DNA of 64,000 bases, taken from positions 51,019 through 115,018 of the forward strand of contig CAZRGC010000001.1 in NCBI GenBank assembly GCA_964599625.1, read 5' to 3'. The notes under the pieces are model-generated. The model ran no database searches. It was not told where the DNA came from and saw nothing but the letters and a program-made list of their open reading frames with translations. Position 1 is the first letter of the stretch. Each line of letters starts with the position of its first letter. Below, in pieces: positions 8,940 to 19,593 of the stretch. The stretch is from an uncultured Gammaproteobacteria bacterium. GTDB taxonomy: Bacteria; Patescibacteriota; Microgenomatia; UBA8517. Made by a program: the position numbers and the translations under genes.

Positions 8940-11705
8940 GTGCTAAATATATTCTCAAAACTTCTTGATCTTAATCAACGCGAAGTGGACCGTATTAAAA
9001 AGATTATTGTAAAAATAAACGATTTGGAGGGTAAAACAAAAAAACTCAAAGATGCGGACTTTGCCAAAAAAACTCAAGAATTTAAAAAACGTTTGGAGAA
9101 AGGCGAGACTTTGGAGGAAATTTTGCCGGAGGCGTATGCGTTGGTACGCGAGGCTTCTTATAGAGTCCTTGGTAAAAGACATTATGACGTTCAGTTGATT
9201 GCGGCAGTTGCACTTTTTGAAGGACGTGTTGCAGAACAAAAAACAGGTGAAGGTAAAACTTTGTCTGCAGTTCCCGCGCTTTACCTTAGGGCCTTAACAG
9301 GGCAGGGGGTGCATTTGGTAACAGTAAACGATTATTTGGCGAGACGTGACGCCGGTTGGAATGCCCCCATCTTCCACATGTTGGGAATGACAACTGGATC
9401 AATTATTCAAGAAACTAAATCGTTTGTTTACGATCCCAAGTTTTCTGATTCAAGTCACGGGGACGAAAGGCTTGCGCATTTGAGACCGGCCGAGAGATCT
9501 GAAGCATACAAGTGTGACATTTTGTACGGAACAAACAATGAATTTGGTTTTGACTACCTTCGCGACAACATGGTTAACTCGTTGGCCGAAATGGTGCAGC
9601 GTGGACACTATTTTGCAATTGTAGACGAGGTGGACTCGGTGCTTATCGACGAAGCAAGAACCCCTTTAATTATTTCCGCACCCGACACGGAGCCAACCAA
9701 AAAATATTATGATTTTGCGGCACTTGTAGAAAAGTTAAACCCAGATACCGATTTTAAGATAGACGAAAAAGCCAAAAGTGCGACTCTTACAGAGATGGGA
9801 ATAACCAGAGTAGAAAAACTTTTGGGTGTAGATAATCTTTACGAAAAAGATTTCGACAGCATTCACCATATAGAAAATGCACTTCGGGCAAAAGCAATTT
9901 ATCTAAGGGATCGGGACTACGTTGTCAAAGATAACCAAGTAACAATTGTTGATGAATTTACAGGACGTCTTATGGTTGGCAGGCGTTGGAGTGACGGACT
10001 CCATCAGGCAGTGGAAGCCAAAGAAAATGTAACAATTCAACAGGAAAGTAGAACCCTTGCAACAATCTCTTTCCAAAATTATTTCAGGCTTTATACACAC
10101 CTTGCGGGTATGACGGGTACCGCCTCCACAGAGTCGGAAGAATTCAGAAAAATTTACAAACTGGAAGTAGTGGTTATCCCCACACATAGAGAAATGGTAA
10201 GAAAAGACAAAGGAGATATGATCTATAAAACTCTAAGGGGAAAATACGGCGCAATTGTAGAAGAAATCGCAGAACGTCACGAAGTGGGTCAGCCTGTTCT
10301 TGTCGGTACTACCTCTATCGAGAAAAACGAGATAATTTCGGAATATCTCAAACGAAAGAAAATTCCACACAATGTTCTTAATGCCAAAAATCATGAGAAA
10401 GAAGCGGAAATAATTGCTGAAGCAGGCAAGCCTGGTGCGGTAACTGTTGCCACCAACATGGCGGGGCGTGGGGTGGACATTGTTTTAGGCGGCGCTATGC
10501 CGGATAGACGTGCGGGTGAAACCAACGAAAAGTATGAGTCCTCGAAAGATTATAAAAGTTGGAAAAAAGTTCACGACCAAGTCCTTGATGCAGGAGGCCT
10601 TTTTGTTATTGGAACAGAACGCCATGAAGCAAGACGTGTAGATAATCAGCTCAGGGGTAGATCGGGTCGCCAGGGGGACTCCGGGACTTCCCGATTTTAT
10701 CTTTCACTCGAGGATGATCTTATGAGAATTTTCGGAGGAGAACAAATAAGCGGGATTATGGACAGACTTAACCTGCCCGAAGATCAACCGATAGAAAACG
10801 CCCTCATCAGTAGAGCAATTGAACAGGCCCAAGTAAAAGTTGAAGGTTTCCATTTTGATATACGAAAAAGACTTGTTGAATTTGACGACGTTGCCAACCA
10901 GCAAAGAGATATTGTTTATAAACTCCGAAAAAGAATACTTGAGTCAACAGATGTAAAAGATGAAGTTGTAGAAAAGTTGAACCACCAACTGGAAAAAACA
11001 TTAATGATGGCAACAAGTGCAGAGACCGAAACAGTTGACGATGATCAGTTGGCTGTTGGACTTGCAGAGATGGTGCCTTTTGATGACGAATCTCTAAAAA
11101 GAATTAAGGGTGAAATAAAAATGCAAAAAAACAAATTGGAATTTTTGCAAAATGTTTTAAAAGATATTTATACAGCACGCGAGAAAGATTTGGGGGATAA
11201 AGTAATGAGAGAAGTGGAAAAGTATGCGTATTTGGGTGCGATAGATCATTTGTGGATGGATCACATAGACCACATAGATGACCTTAGGGAAGGGGTAACT
11301 CTTAGGGCCTACGGGCAACGCGACCCCTTGATCGAATTCAAAAACGAAGCCTACAGACTTTTTGAAAACCTCATAGATAAAATGGACGAAGAGCTTTCAC
11401 ACAGAATTTTCCGTATTGGGGTTGCCACACCGCAATCCGAAATACCACTTAATTTGGCAAGAGAAAATTTGGATAAATCTGACCTTACAGGTCTTTCCGG
11501 GAATGCCGATAAAACTGCAAAGTCAGGAGCTAAAGCTTTTGATAATAAAAAAATTTCAAGAAATGACCCTTGTTGGTGCGGAAGCGGAAAAAAGTGGAAG
11601 AAATGCCACATAAATAGGGAACCGCAAACGGCACAGGAACGTGAGGCCTATAACCTATTTTTCAATAATCCAGACGAATGGGATCGAAGGTTTGGGAAGA
11701 AGTAG
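8940..11705 (+). CDS. secA: protein translocase subunit SecA
   Basis: DEAD-motor motifs (GEGKTL, DEVDSVLIDEARTPLIIS, TNMAGRGVDIVLGG, RGRSGRQGD) and C-terminal zinc finger CWCGSGKKWKKCH. GTG start. Confidence 0.95.
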   Translation: MLNIFSKLLDLNQREVDRIKKIIVKINDLEGKTKKLKDADFAKKTQEFKKRLEKGETLEEILPEAYALVREASYRVLGKRHYDVQLIAAVALFEGRVAEQKTGEGKTLSAVPALYLRALTGQGVHLVTVNDYLARRDAGWNAPIFHMLGMTTGSIIQETKSFVYDPKFSDSSHGDERLAHLRPAERSEAYKCDILYGTNNEFGFDYLRDNMVNSLAEMVQRGHYFAIVDEVDSVLIDEARTPLIISAPDTEPTKKYYDFAALVEKLNPDTDFKIDEKAKSATLTEMGITRVEKLLGVDNLYEKDFDSIHHIENALRAKAIYLRDRDYVVKDNQVTIVDEFTGRLMVGRRWSDGLHQAVEAKENVTIQQESRTLATISFQNYFRLYTHLAGMTGTASTESEEFRKIYKLEVVVIPTHREMVRKDKGDMIYKTLRGKYGAIVEEIAERHEVGQPVLVGTTSIEKNEIISEYLKRKKIPHNVLNAKNHEKEAEIIAEAGKPGAVTVATNMAGRGVDIVLGGAMPDRRAGETNEKYESSKDYKSWKKVHDQVLDAGGLFVIGTERHEARRVDNQLRGRSGRQGDSGTSRFYLSLEDDLMRIFGGEQISGIMDRLNLPEDQPIENALISRAIEQAQVKVEGFHFDIRKRLVEFDDVANQQRDIVYKLRKRILESTDVKDEVVEKLNHQLEKTLMMATSAETETVDDDQLAVGLAEMVPFDDESLKRIKGEIKMQKNKLEFLQNVLKDIYTAREKDLGDKVMREVEKYAYLGAIDHLWMDHIDHIDDLREGVTLRAYGQRDPLIEFKNEAYRLFENLIDKMDEELSHRIFRIGVATPQSEIPLNLARENLDKSDLTGLSGNADKTAKSGAKAFDNKKISRNDPCWCGSGKKWKKCHINREPQTAQEREAYNLFFNNPDEWDRRFGKK

Positions 11706-11707
11706 GG

Positions 11708-13276
11708 TTAGAATCGCCAGTCTATCTCAATCTTGCCGTTACCCGCTCTTATCTCTTTAATGATTGCCCGAAGGAAGTGTTTTTTCTCTTCTAAGTTGGC
11801 ACTGTCCCATAAGATATCGAAGTCTTCCAATGATTTAGTAAATTTCTCCAATTCTTTGCGACGTTCGTTTACCAGTTGAAGCTTAGTTTTATATTCATCG
11901 GTAACCACATGGTATTTATTTTCTTCCTCGTCTAAACGCTTTATATTGGCTGCGTACACCTCAATTGAATCTATACCCGCCTCATAGGCTTCTTTTACCC
12001 GTTCACGGCGTCTATCGATGTCAGCTAGGTGTTTAGCCGCTAGGTTGGCGTCAGCTTCGAGGTTTTCGGTAATAGTGATGTTCTTATCCAATATCAGTCG
12101 TTCTCGGGCCGTAGGATTGTTTACAAGGTTCCTAATTTGGTTCAAAACGAACTCTTCTAGTCTAGTTGCACTCATTATCCGTCGTTGGCATATTCCTGTG
12201 TATTTATAGCCACCACACAAATATTCGTATGTTATGGTGTCGTTCCATTTAGGATTCTTTTTCTTTCGATTGTGATGACGGGTTAAATAGGTTACACCCG
12301 ATCCACAACGGATACATTTAGCTATGCCCGTTAATAGCCCACGGCTCATCCTTGCCCGTCCTTTTTGGGAATTTCCTCGTATCTTTTTCTCTTTTTGGGC
12401 TAATTTGAAGATTTCCTCAGTAATAATTGGGGCATGTTGTCCGTTTTCGACAATACCCTTATGATCCCTTAGTTTTCGTTGCTTGTTTTTGGCATAGTCG
12501 GCATGCCTCCATCCCCAAAGTACCTTTCCCGTATAGGTTTGGTTTTGTAGCATGTATTTGACTGCCTGCGCACGCCAATATGGGCCTCTAGGGGGTTTAA
12601 CCCCTTTTGTAGTTAGTTCAAACGCAATGCTTTGGGTACCTTTCCCTTTGATGTATTCGTCAAATATCCATCTGACGATTATTGCTTTTTCTTCATCAAT
12701 CTCAATTTTTCTCTGTACTTTGTTCTTTTCGTCGATCCAACGGACAATAACATAGCCGTAGGGGACGTTGTTTGGTATTTTTCCTGCCTTAGCCACTGCC
12801 AATTTACCCATTGTCATTCTGCGTCTGATCTTGTTGCGTTCGATTTCGGCCATCGTATCGCTAAAACCCTCTACCATAATGCCTAAATCGTCGTCTGTGG
12901 GATCGTAAAGTTTTGGATCTCGGGGTTCTACGGGAGTAGCTACGGAGTATGTTTGGATGAACATTTTTTTCAAGTCATCCCTAGCCTTGGTAGCATACGA
13001 TTTGTTACGGGCAAAACGATCAAAATCTTTGACGACTACTAGATCGAATTTGTAATCTGACGCGTCCTGCATCATTCTCTGGAAACCTAATCGTTCCTCG
13101 ATTAAATGTCCGCTTTCTACATCTTGATAGGGATCGGCCACTAATTCCCAGCCGTGATCGGCTATAGCCTTTTTACAAACTCGAATCTGATCTTGAATTG
13201 ATTCTTTCCCGTCGGCTTGTTCTTTTGTGCTAACACGGGCGTATATGACGGCCCGAATCTTAAATTTATTTTCCAT
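11708..13276 (-). CDS. large serine recombinase (integrase)
   Basis: N-terminal resolvase catalytic domain AVIYARVSTKEQ, then a recombinase domain and a Cys-rich zinc-ribbon region (CIRCGSG...C...C), then a C-terminal coiled coil. Confidence 0.85.
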   Translation of the reverse strand: MENKFKIRAVIYARVSTKEQADGKESIQDQIRVCKKAIADHGWELVADPYQDVESGHLIEERLGFQRMMQDASDYKFDLVVVKDFDRFARNKSYATKARDDLKKMFIQTYSVATPVEPRDPKLYDPTDDDLGIMVEGFSDTMAEIERNKIRRRMTMGKLAVAKAGKIPNNVPYGYVIVRWIDEKNKVQRKIEIDEEKAIIVRWIFDEYIKGKGTQSIAFELTTKGVKPPRGPYWRAQAVKYMLQNQTYTGKVLWGWRHADYAKNKQRKLRDHKGIVENGQHAPIITEEIFKLAQKEKKIRGNSQKGRARMSRGLLTGIAKCIRCGSGVTYLTRHHNRKKKNPKWNDTITYEYLCGGYKYTGICQRRIMSATRLEEFVLNQIRNLVNNPTARERLILDKNITITENLEADANLAAKHLADIDRRRERVKEAYEAGIDSIEVYAANIKRLDEEENKYHVVTDEYKTKLQLVNERRKELEKFTKSLEDFDILWDSANLEEKKHFLRAIIKEIRAGNGKIEIDWRF

Positions 13277-13284
13277 ATTTCTTC

Positions 13285-13512
13285 TTATTGTTTATCAAAT
13301 TTGATCCCAATTGATTCTAAGTATGCTAAAACATCTTGTTTCCTAAAACGTCTGTCGTTTCTTGAGCCAACACGAACAGCAACAAATTTTTTATCATCAT
13401 CCCATTTACGAAGTGTCCAGGGATTTACCCCTAGAATCCTAGCGGTTTGTTCTAGTGTTAGTAGTAATCCCCATGTGTCGGGGTTTGATGGTGAAAATGG
13501 TACTGTTGTCAT
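13285..13512 (-). CDS. excisionase/AlpA-family HTH DNA-binding protein (candidate recombination directionality factor)
   Basis: 75 aa. LTLEQTARILGVNPWTLRKW matches the excisionase-family HTH. Clear paralog of the gene at 27796-27993. Confidence 0.6.
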   Translation of the reverse strand: MTTVPFSPSNPDTWGLLLTLEQTARILGVNPWTLRKWDDDKKFVAVRVGSRNDRRFRKQDVLAYLESIGIKFDKQ

Positions 13513-13568
13513 ACAAGTAAAACTAATTTATACTAAGTTAACATAAAGAAATTTAAGAAACAAGCAGA

Positions 13569-14366
13569 ATGAAAAATGTAATAGACGACGCTAGGACATT
13601 GGTTTCTAAATTGGAGAAATCCATATCACCCAGTAATGAATGGAAAATTGTAAGTGTTGCAAAAACTTCAAAAAAGATAAAGTTGCCTAGATCACTGGCA
13701 AAACTGGATTGGTTTCAGTACTCTCACGAGGATACGTTGGATATATTAGTGAAACACGGTGTAATTAAGGGCGTAACGTATGATTGGTGGTTTTTGGGAT
13801 TTAAGAGTATAGATTCTCTGTGGGGTAGAAATAGGCCTGAGGAATTGGCTGTGGATGATGGGATAGTTCATATTGCTCAAAAAGTGAGACTCATTAGGAA
13901 AGATCAGATAATCGAATACTATTATGTAATTCCCTCTGATGATCGCGGCCCACAACCTCCTGGTTTGGCATCCATATTGGTAAATAGGGAACAACTGAAA
14001 AATTTCAAGAAAACACTAGATAGTTTGAAGGTTATGTTCAATGACAACGATAGTTGTTTGGAATTTTTGGGCGAAAGTCTTCAATTCAAAAAAATGGAGA
14101 AAGAGTGTGTAAAATTGTTGATTAAAAATTTGAATAAACCCGTTTCATATAAAGACTTTTATGAAGTCAGAGATGGAAGTTACACTACAAAGGCAATAGA
14201 GCAGGGAAAAAGTGATGCAGATGAACCGTCTCGGGCCATGTTCAAAAGAATTAGGGCAAAAATCTACAAAAATAAAAAATTGAAGCAAGTCTTGCTTCTA
14301 AGTGAATCAGTTGGTTTCAAAATGAAAGTAAATCGAGACGCCTTAGAAAAATTTCTTCTGATCTGA
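13569..14366 (+). CDS. hypothetical protein (island cargo)
   Basis: 265-aa ORF with no recognisable motif. Confidence 0.4.
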   Translation: MKNVIDDARTLVSKLEKSISPSNEWKIVSVAKTSKKIKLPRSLAKLDWFQYSHEDTLDILVKHGVIKGVTYDWWFLGFKSIDSLWGRNRPEELAVDDGIVHIAQKVRLIRKDQIIEYYYVIPSDDRGPQPPGLASILVNREQLKNFKKTLDSLKVMFNDNDSCLEFLGESLQFKKMEKECVKLLIKNLNKPVSYKDFYEVRDGSYTTKAIEQGKSDADEPSRAMFKRIRAKIYKNKKLKQVLLLSESVGFKMKVNRDALEKFLLI

Positions 14367-14456
14367 TAAAAGGATCCTCTTTTAAGTTTCGTCCCAATCC
14401 GTCCTAGTTGTGTATCTTTTTCCGTCCCCAAATCTGGGGATACCCTAGAGACTGAT

Positions 14457-14654
14457 ATGGAAAATCAGTCTAGTAATTCCACTAGCAAAGATAAGCGTGA
14501 TCGGTTAATTGGCAATGCCGTAGAGGCATACGCCACACTATTCCGTTCCGTGTTGGACAGAACGCAACGGGAGTACATGTCCAGGCAAATAAAAAAGGGT
14601 ATACAAGCAAAAAAATTAAAAGATGAATATGAAAAACACAGAGTACAAGTCTAA
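14457..14654 (+). CDS. small hypothetical protein (phage-like)
   Basis: 65-aa basic ORF that overlaps the next ORF. Confidence 0.25.
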   Translation: MENQSSNSTSKDKRDRLIGNAVEAYATLFRSVLDRTQREYMSRQIKKGIQAKKLKDEYEKHRVQV

Positions 14655-14871
14655 CGATCTATATCAAGCGGTAGCTCTCAAAACAGCAGGAATGCCGTTA
14701 CTTCGGCTGGAAAAGTCCTCGGGACACTTCTACATTTTCGTGTTCGATGATCCAAATAACAAAGCAGAAGAGATTTTGTCGCAATTTTGGGCCAAGACAT
14801 TACAAGTAGATGCAAAAACGTTTGTTGAAAATATAAATGAAGCTAAGGCACGCATTCATCAAGGCCTATGA
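14623..14871 (+). CDS. small hypothetical protein (phage-like)
   Basis: 82-aa ORF overlapping both neighbours in a compact phage-like arrangement. Confidence 0.25.
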   Translation: MNMKNTEYKSNDLYQAVALKTAGMPLLRLEKSSGHFYIFVFDDPNNKAEEILSQFWAKTLQVDAKTFVENINEAKARIHQGL

Positions 14872-15470
14872 AAAAACAAAAACCCTATCAGAACAAAAGA
14901 CAACTAAAACAAGCCTACGAGAAGTTTGGATCGACAAGAAGGGCAGCGAGGTTTTTTGGAGTTACAAACGGAACGATAATCCGTTGGATGAGACATTTTC
15001 ATCTTCCCAGAATTCCCAAACTATATTTATATGACAATCACTCTGGTTGGGGACGCCTAGCTGAAAAATATATTAGCAGACATCCATATTTTCGGAAGTA
15101 TTTCCGAGACGTTGGCGATTTCGATGACAAATCCAAATATGATGCGTTATGGTACTGGGATCGTGTCAACGTTAAATCTACACACAGCAAAGGAAAAAAG
15201 TGTTTCAGGATAAAGAAGAAAAAACACGACGTGGCGTATTACATTTGCTGTGTATACGATGACAAAATTGATCCGTTAATTCCCATCGAAGTTTTTATTA
15301 TTCCCGCTTCGGACGCCCCTAGAACGACTATTACAGTTTCACTAAAAACATCTTGTAAGTATGCAAAGTTTAGGTTGAGTCTACAACGGGGCAAGGCGTT
15401 TTCGATCAAGGACGAGATCAAATATAACGAGCAATTCAAGAATATATATAAGTACCCGAAGTTGAAATAA
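14868..15470 (+). CDS. hypothetical protein with N-terminal helix-turn-helix
   Basis: RRAARFFGVTNGTIIRWMRH is an HTH-like segment; the rest is unknown. Confidence 0.4.
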   Translation: MKKQKPYQNKRQLKQAYEKFGSTRRAARFFGVTNGTIIRWMRHFHLPRIPKLYLYDNHSGWGRLAEKYISRHPYFRKYFRDVGDFDDKSKYDALWYWDRVNVKSTHSKGKKCFRIKKKKHDVAYYICCVYDDKIDPLIPIEVFIIPASDAPRTTITVSLKTSCKYAKFRLSLQRGKAFSIKDEIKYNEQFKNIYKYPKLK

Positions 15471-15821
15471 CGTCAGAGAGAATTTGGAAAATTTTACCGA
15501 GGCATTTTAGCCTGAGGATACCTGGCGAGGGTAGCCCTGCAAGTCCGCAGTGATCGAGAAGCACTATAATAGCCGATTGCAGATAGCCCACCTGATTGAA
15601 GCGAGGGTATACGAAATATAACACAAGGGAAGACGTTGGGAAGAATGAAAAAATGTCTGAGACGATCTAGTGTTACGCACCATGCACTCGTCCCTTCTGC
15701 ATGTATCATCGGCAGTTTAGGTTAGATGGTTGGCTTAAACCTTCCGAGAGAAAACGGAGAAAAAGGTTGAAAATACCCTTTTTTCCTTCCTATCGCTCGG
15801 GTTCCGAAATATACATAATTT

Positions 15822-17111
15822 TCAATTACTGTAAAACCAATCCCATTCTGGGTTATCTACTTCTAAAATCTTACTCTTTAGCATTTTATACACTCCATCC
15901 TCTTTGATTGTTTGCCATGTGCCTTCGTAGTAATGGTAATCTACCTCGCCATCATTCCAATTTTTCGTTGAAAACTTAACAAATACTGTGTCGTCGGAGT
16001 TTTCAAATGGTTCGGTGTGAATGACATCAACATCTAGTATATCCGTGAACCTGTTTGTCCATTCCTCATAGTTGGTTTTCTTTAGATAATCGGTGCTTAG
16101 TAGATTGAATCCGTCCTGCATTCTTCTCGCCTTAAGATATGTGTAGAATGCCTCAACGGCTTTTTCTGGTGACTCTGAGGGATCTACTTGTATTTTGGTT
16201 ATATTTTGATCGGTAAAACTAGGAACAGCCGATCTTGCCCAGTCGCCGTCAATAAAAAGCGATAAACCCGCAAGACTAAGCGTGTTAATTCCTACGACTT
16301 GGCCACACTGATCTAATAGTGGCCCGCCACTCATGCCCTGAACCAAGCTAATATCCGTTTGAATGTAAGCCACAGGCATTTGTTTAGATTTTCTAAAATC
16401 CACAAATCTACCCTTAACAACAGTTGCATTGCCAACCAGATCAGTCCCCAAAGGATAGCCCGCAGCAATAAGCGGTTCATCAGCATGTAAGACTACACGT
16501 TCGGGTAAAGGCAAAACCATGTCTGGATATATATTGTCGGTAAATAGCACTGCCATATCCTCATCCTTGTTACCAATAATCTTATTAGGTGTGACAAAAT
16601 TCCCATCTGGGAAAATGATCTTGGGGCTTGGCTCGTCAGCTATAACATGGAAGTTAGTAATAACCTGATCGGGGGCAATAAAAAATCCTGTTCCTTCTGA
16701 ATACCCTCCAACTACTCGAACTACTGATTTTTGGATGGTATCTCTGGCTCCGATTGAACACAAAAATTTTCCATACCAGCCGTACTGCGTTCGCAGATAA
16801 TCGGCGATGACGAATAGGGAGGCTACCATGTAAGCAACAACACCAATGACAAACAATGATTTTAAGAAATTCTTTAGGCTTTTGAAGGGGTAAACGAAAG
16901 TTTCAAAAAAGATTTTGATCAGGGCAATAATAAATTTGATTGTGAATTTTACGATGTAGTAGGTGGTATAGGTTACAAGTTTGATGGGGAATTGATAAAT
17001 GGGGAATAGTAAGCGTTTGAAATAGGCCTTTAGCCGAGTTGTAGTATTTTTATAAGTATCCGAAATTTTTCGAGATAGCCTATCGAATTGTTTTTCAAAT
17101 ATGCTTATCAT
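15822..17111 (-). CDS. membrane-anchored trypsin-like (S1/DegP-type) serine protease
   Basis: N-terminal hydrophobic segments. Catalytic triad context: His in VITNFHVIA, Asp in EDMAVLF, Ser in GMSGGPL. About 130-aa C-terminal extra domain. Confidence 0.7.
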   Translation of the reverse strand: MISIFEKQFDRLSRKISDTYKNTTTRLKAYFKRLLFPIYQFPIKLVTYTTYYIVKFTIKFIIALIKIFFETFVYPFKSLKNFLKSLFVIGVVAYMVASLFVIADYLRTQYGWYGKFLCSIGARDTIQKSVVRVVGGYSEGTGFFIAPDQVITNFHVIADEPSPKIIFPDGNFVTPNKIIGNKDEDMAVLFTDNIYPDMVLPLPERVVLHADEPLIAAGYPLGTDLVGNATVVKGRFVDFRKSKQMPVAYIQTDISLVQGMSGGPLLDQCGQVVGINTLSLAGLSLFIDGDWARSAVPSFTDQNITKIQVDPSESPEKAVEAFYTYLKARRMQDGFNLLSTDYLKKTNYEEWTNRFTDILDVDVIHTEPFENSDDTVFVKFSTKNWNDGEVDYHYYEGTWQTIKEDGVYKMLKSKILEVDNPEWDWFYSN

Positions 17112-19591
17112 TTCGTTTTATTTGTAATGATCTGTTGCACGACTTGTAAGTCATTTTCATTAAACATCCTAAATCGTACAGAATTGTACTGATTATCACG
17201 GACTAAAATAGATTCTGGTTTTGATAACCCTTCATTTAGTATTTTTCTTTCCTCAGGTGTGGAGGAACCAAGTTCACCATATACCCAGTGATTTGCATAA
17301 TAATAAAATAACAACAATTCTCCATCTTCCCTTTTAATACTATGGTACGATCCTGCTCCACCTTTTGAGATGTATGCCTTACCATCGGGAAACGCTTTAT
17401 CAACCCACTCTGGAATAGTTTTTACTGCCTGTTTCACAAATTTACTCTGAACTCTTGCGAGTGTCTCTTCCTCCGTTTCGGGTGGTTTAGTAACTCTTAC
17501 CTTTACATCATCTACATCTTCTTCCTCACCCTTAACACCCCTCAAAACTTGGGAAAACCACTCAATTGCTGCCTCAGCTTCTCTTTGCAAAACAAAGTTG
17601 ATTTCCTTAATGTGTTTTACGGCATTACGGAAATCTTTAAGAGTAATGAATCGTTTTTCAGTTTCATACTTGGAACCAAAGAATTGCTCGAACTGATCCC
17701 AATTCTTTAGAATGAGGTTTGAGTAATCCATAATGTCGCATTGACACAGACGATCGTACGAATCCAATTTTTCTTCAGTGACAAAAGGATTCTTTCTCAA
17801 ATACTCGGCAATTTTTCCTTTAGCTTTTTCCTGTATATCCCCAGGAATTGCCTGATTCCAATAATCTTTTCCGAATTTGTTTGTAAGTTGGCTATTAATC
17901 AGAAGTCGCAATTTTAGTTCGATATCGTCCAACGCTTTGTTTGCATTAACTCCCAAAATTTGAATAATCTTGGAACCTGTTAGTCGCTCAAATTCCTTTT
18001 TGATTAATTCGGAACGTTCTTTGATAAACATTCGATAGTCGTCCTGTTGAATGGCATCTGAGTATTTAATGAGATGTGTTTCCAAAGTATCGCTAAACTC
18101 GGAATTTTCGCTTTGATAATGGGCAAAATAATCGCTTGGTTTCTGATCGAGAATATCTTTATTGAGTTCGGCAGGAATAAAACAGAAATTGGCTATTAAA
18201 TTTTCCCCACCAACTTTGTTACGTTGTAAGTAACGCTTCGGGAAAATGTGATGTTTCTCAGGGCTATTAAAACTTGAATAGTATTTATGATCCATTGGGA
18301 TAATGCCGTTTGCTTCAAAATGTCTAGGGTTTCTACTTGCCAACATACAGAAGATAGCGTTTCTAAGTGCGGATTTTGTACCAATAGTTGTAGTAGCTAT
18401 TTTGTCTTCATCCGCCGTAATTGTGAAATTGATTTTTACATCTTTGTTGTTCAACAATTTATCGAATATTTCTCTTCGATCCTCACCCATCTTGCTTTCC
18501 ATTGCCGCCGTATACCTTTCGCTTAGAGCTGCCTTCCAAAACCATTCATGTACTACGTCTGTCATATCCTTGGATAATGCTCGCCCATCTGTTTTGAAAT
18601 ACAAGTAAGCTAGCAAGGGGATGAAGGAAGGGTAAGGAGTAAATTCAAAGATTCGTACACCTAAGTTTGCAGATAGATGTTCAACAGATAATTCAATCGC
18701 ATTGGAAATTTCATCCCAATTGTCCTTTATCTCATCCCGTTTCAATTGCAATTGGTAAATTTTGCTGCAAAATCCTTTTAAGATCAGAGAAATGGCATGG
18801 GTGACAACCTCGGGAGTAATGTCTCCAAATCCTTTTGATGCAATTTTTTCTCGTAGTTCGTTGTATTTTTCTTTAAGATCGAAATCCTCACCCCAAGTAC
18901 TAGCAACTACCAAGTCGAATAGAGAAAGTTTTTTACCACCCTGATTGATACGTTCAAAGATAACACTCGCATTATTTAGTTCGACGTTGTATACAGTCAC
19001 AACGCTGAGAGGATAGGTGGTAAAAATCCGATGACATTCCATAAACACTTCCTGTCGTTCGGGAGACATTTTGCGAAACAATTGCATATGATCCTCTCCC
19101 AACACTTTGTATAGGGGGATATATCTGTCGCTTTCTCTCTTTACTTCAAATACTGATTGGTTACCATTGTCGTCGGGTTCTTTTTTGTAGTAATCCAAGT
19201 CTAGGCAGATTTGTGAACAGTCTACTAATTTTGTTTTATTGCCGTCCTTGAATTCAACTCTGATTCCATACCAAGCCGCATAAAGTGAGCAGATGCGTTG
19301 TTGCCCATCCAGGATGAATTTAATTTTTTCATCAACTCTTGGTTTGGGAGGTGTGATTCCAAGTTCAGGTAAGTCCCGATAAAAAAGGTTGTATTTGCCA
19401 GTAGTTTCCCAAAGGAAAAAACTACCGATTGGATATTCTTTGTAGATACTATCCAATAAAGCCACAATCTTGCTTCGTTCCCATACAAAATCCCTTTGAA
19501 ATCGAGGAACACGCAAGGTACCCTCTTTCAGGTATGTAAGTAGTGAAATGATTTGTTTATTCCCTTCGGATTCTATTTTTGGCAATTTCAT
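17108..19591 (-). CDS. GmrSD/BrxU-like type IV restriction-type enzyme (DUF262 + DUF1524)
   Basis: N-terminal DUF262/ParB-like motifs RFQRDFVW and LDGQQRICSL. C-terminal DUF1524 His-Me finger EKHHIFPKRYL...GENLIANFCFIPAELNKDI. Confidence 0.8.
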   Translation of the reverse strand: MKLPKIESEGNKQIISLLTYLKEGTLRVPRFQRDFVWERSKIVALLDSIYKEYPIGSFFLWETTGKYNLFYRDLPELGITPPKPRVDEKIKFILDGQQRICSLYAAWYGIRVEFKDGNKTKLVDCSQICLDLDYYKKEPDDNGNQSVFEVKRESDRYIPLYKVLGEDHMQLFRKMSPERQEVFMECHRIFTTYPLSVVTVYNVELNNASVIFERINQGGKKLSLFDLVVASTWGEDFDLKEKYNELREKIASKGFGDITPEVVTHAISLILKGFCSKIYQLQLKRDEIKDNWDEISNAIELSVEHLSANLGVRIFEFTPYPSFIPLLAYLYFKTDGRALSKDMTDVVHEWFWKAALSERYTAAMESKMGEDRREIFDKLLNNKDVKINFTITADEDKIATTTIGTKSALRNAIFCMLASRNPRHFEANGIIPMDHKYYSSFNSPEKHHIFPKRYLQRNKVGGENLIANFCFIPAELNKDILDQKPSDYFAHYQSENSEFSDTLETHLIKYSDAIQQDDYRMFIKERSELIKKEFERLTGSKIIQILGVNANKALDDIELKLRLLINSQLTNKFGKDYWNQAIPGDIQEKAKGKIAEYLRKNPFVTEEKLDSYDRLCQCDIMDYSNLILKNWDQFEQFFGSKYETEKRFITLKDFRNAVKHIKEINFVLQREAEAAIEWFSQVLRGVKGEEEDVDDVKVRVTKPPETEEETLARVQSKFVKQAVKTIPEWVDKAFPDGKAYISKGGAGSYHSIKREDGELLLFYYYANHWVYGELGSSTPEERKILNEGLSKPESILVRDNQYNSVRFRMFNENDLQVVQQIITNKTK

Positions 19592-19593
19592 AT

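Noticed and set aside
15700-15790. tRNA-like or tmRNA-like structure in the island spacer
   Set aside because: No acceptor-stem plus GTTC-type T-loop architecture, and no tag-peptide reading frame found.
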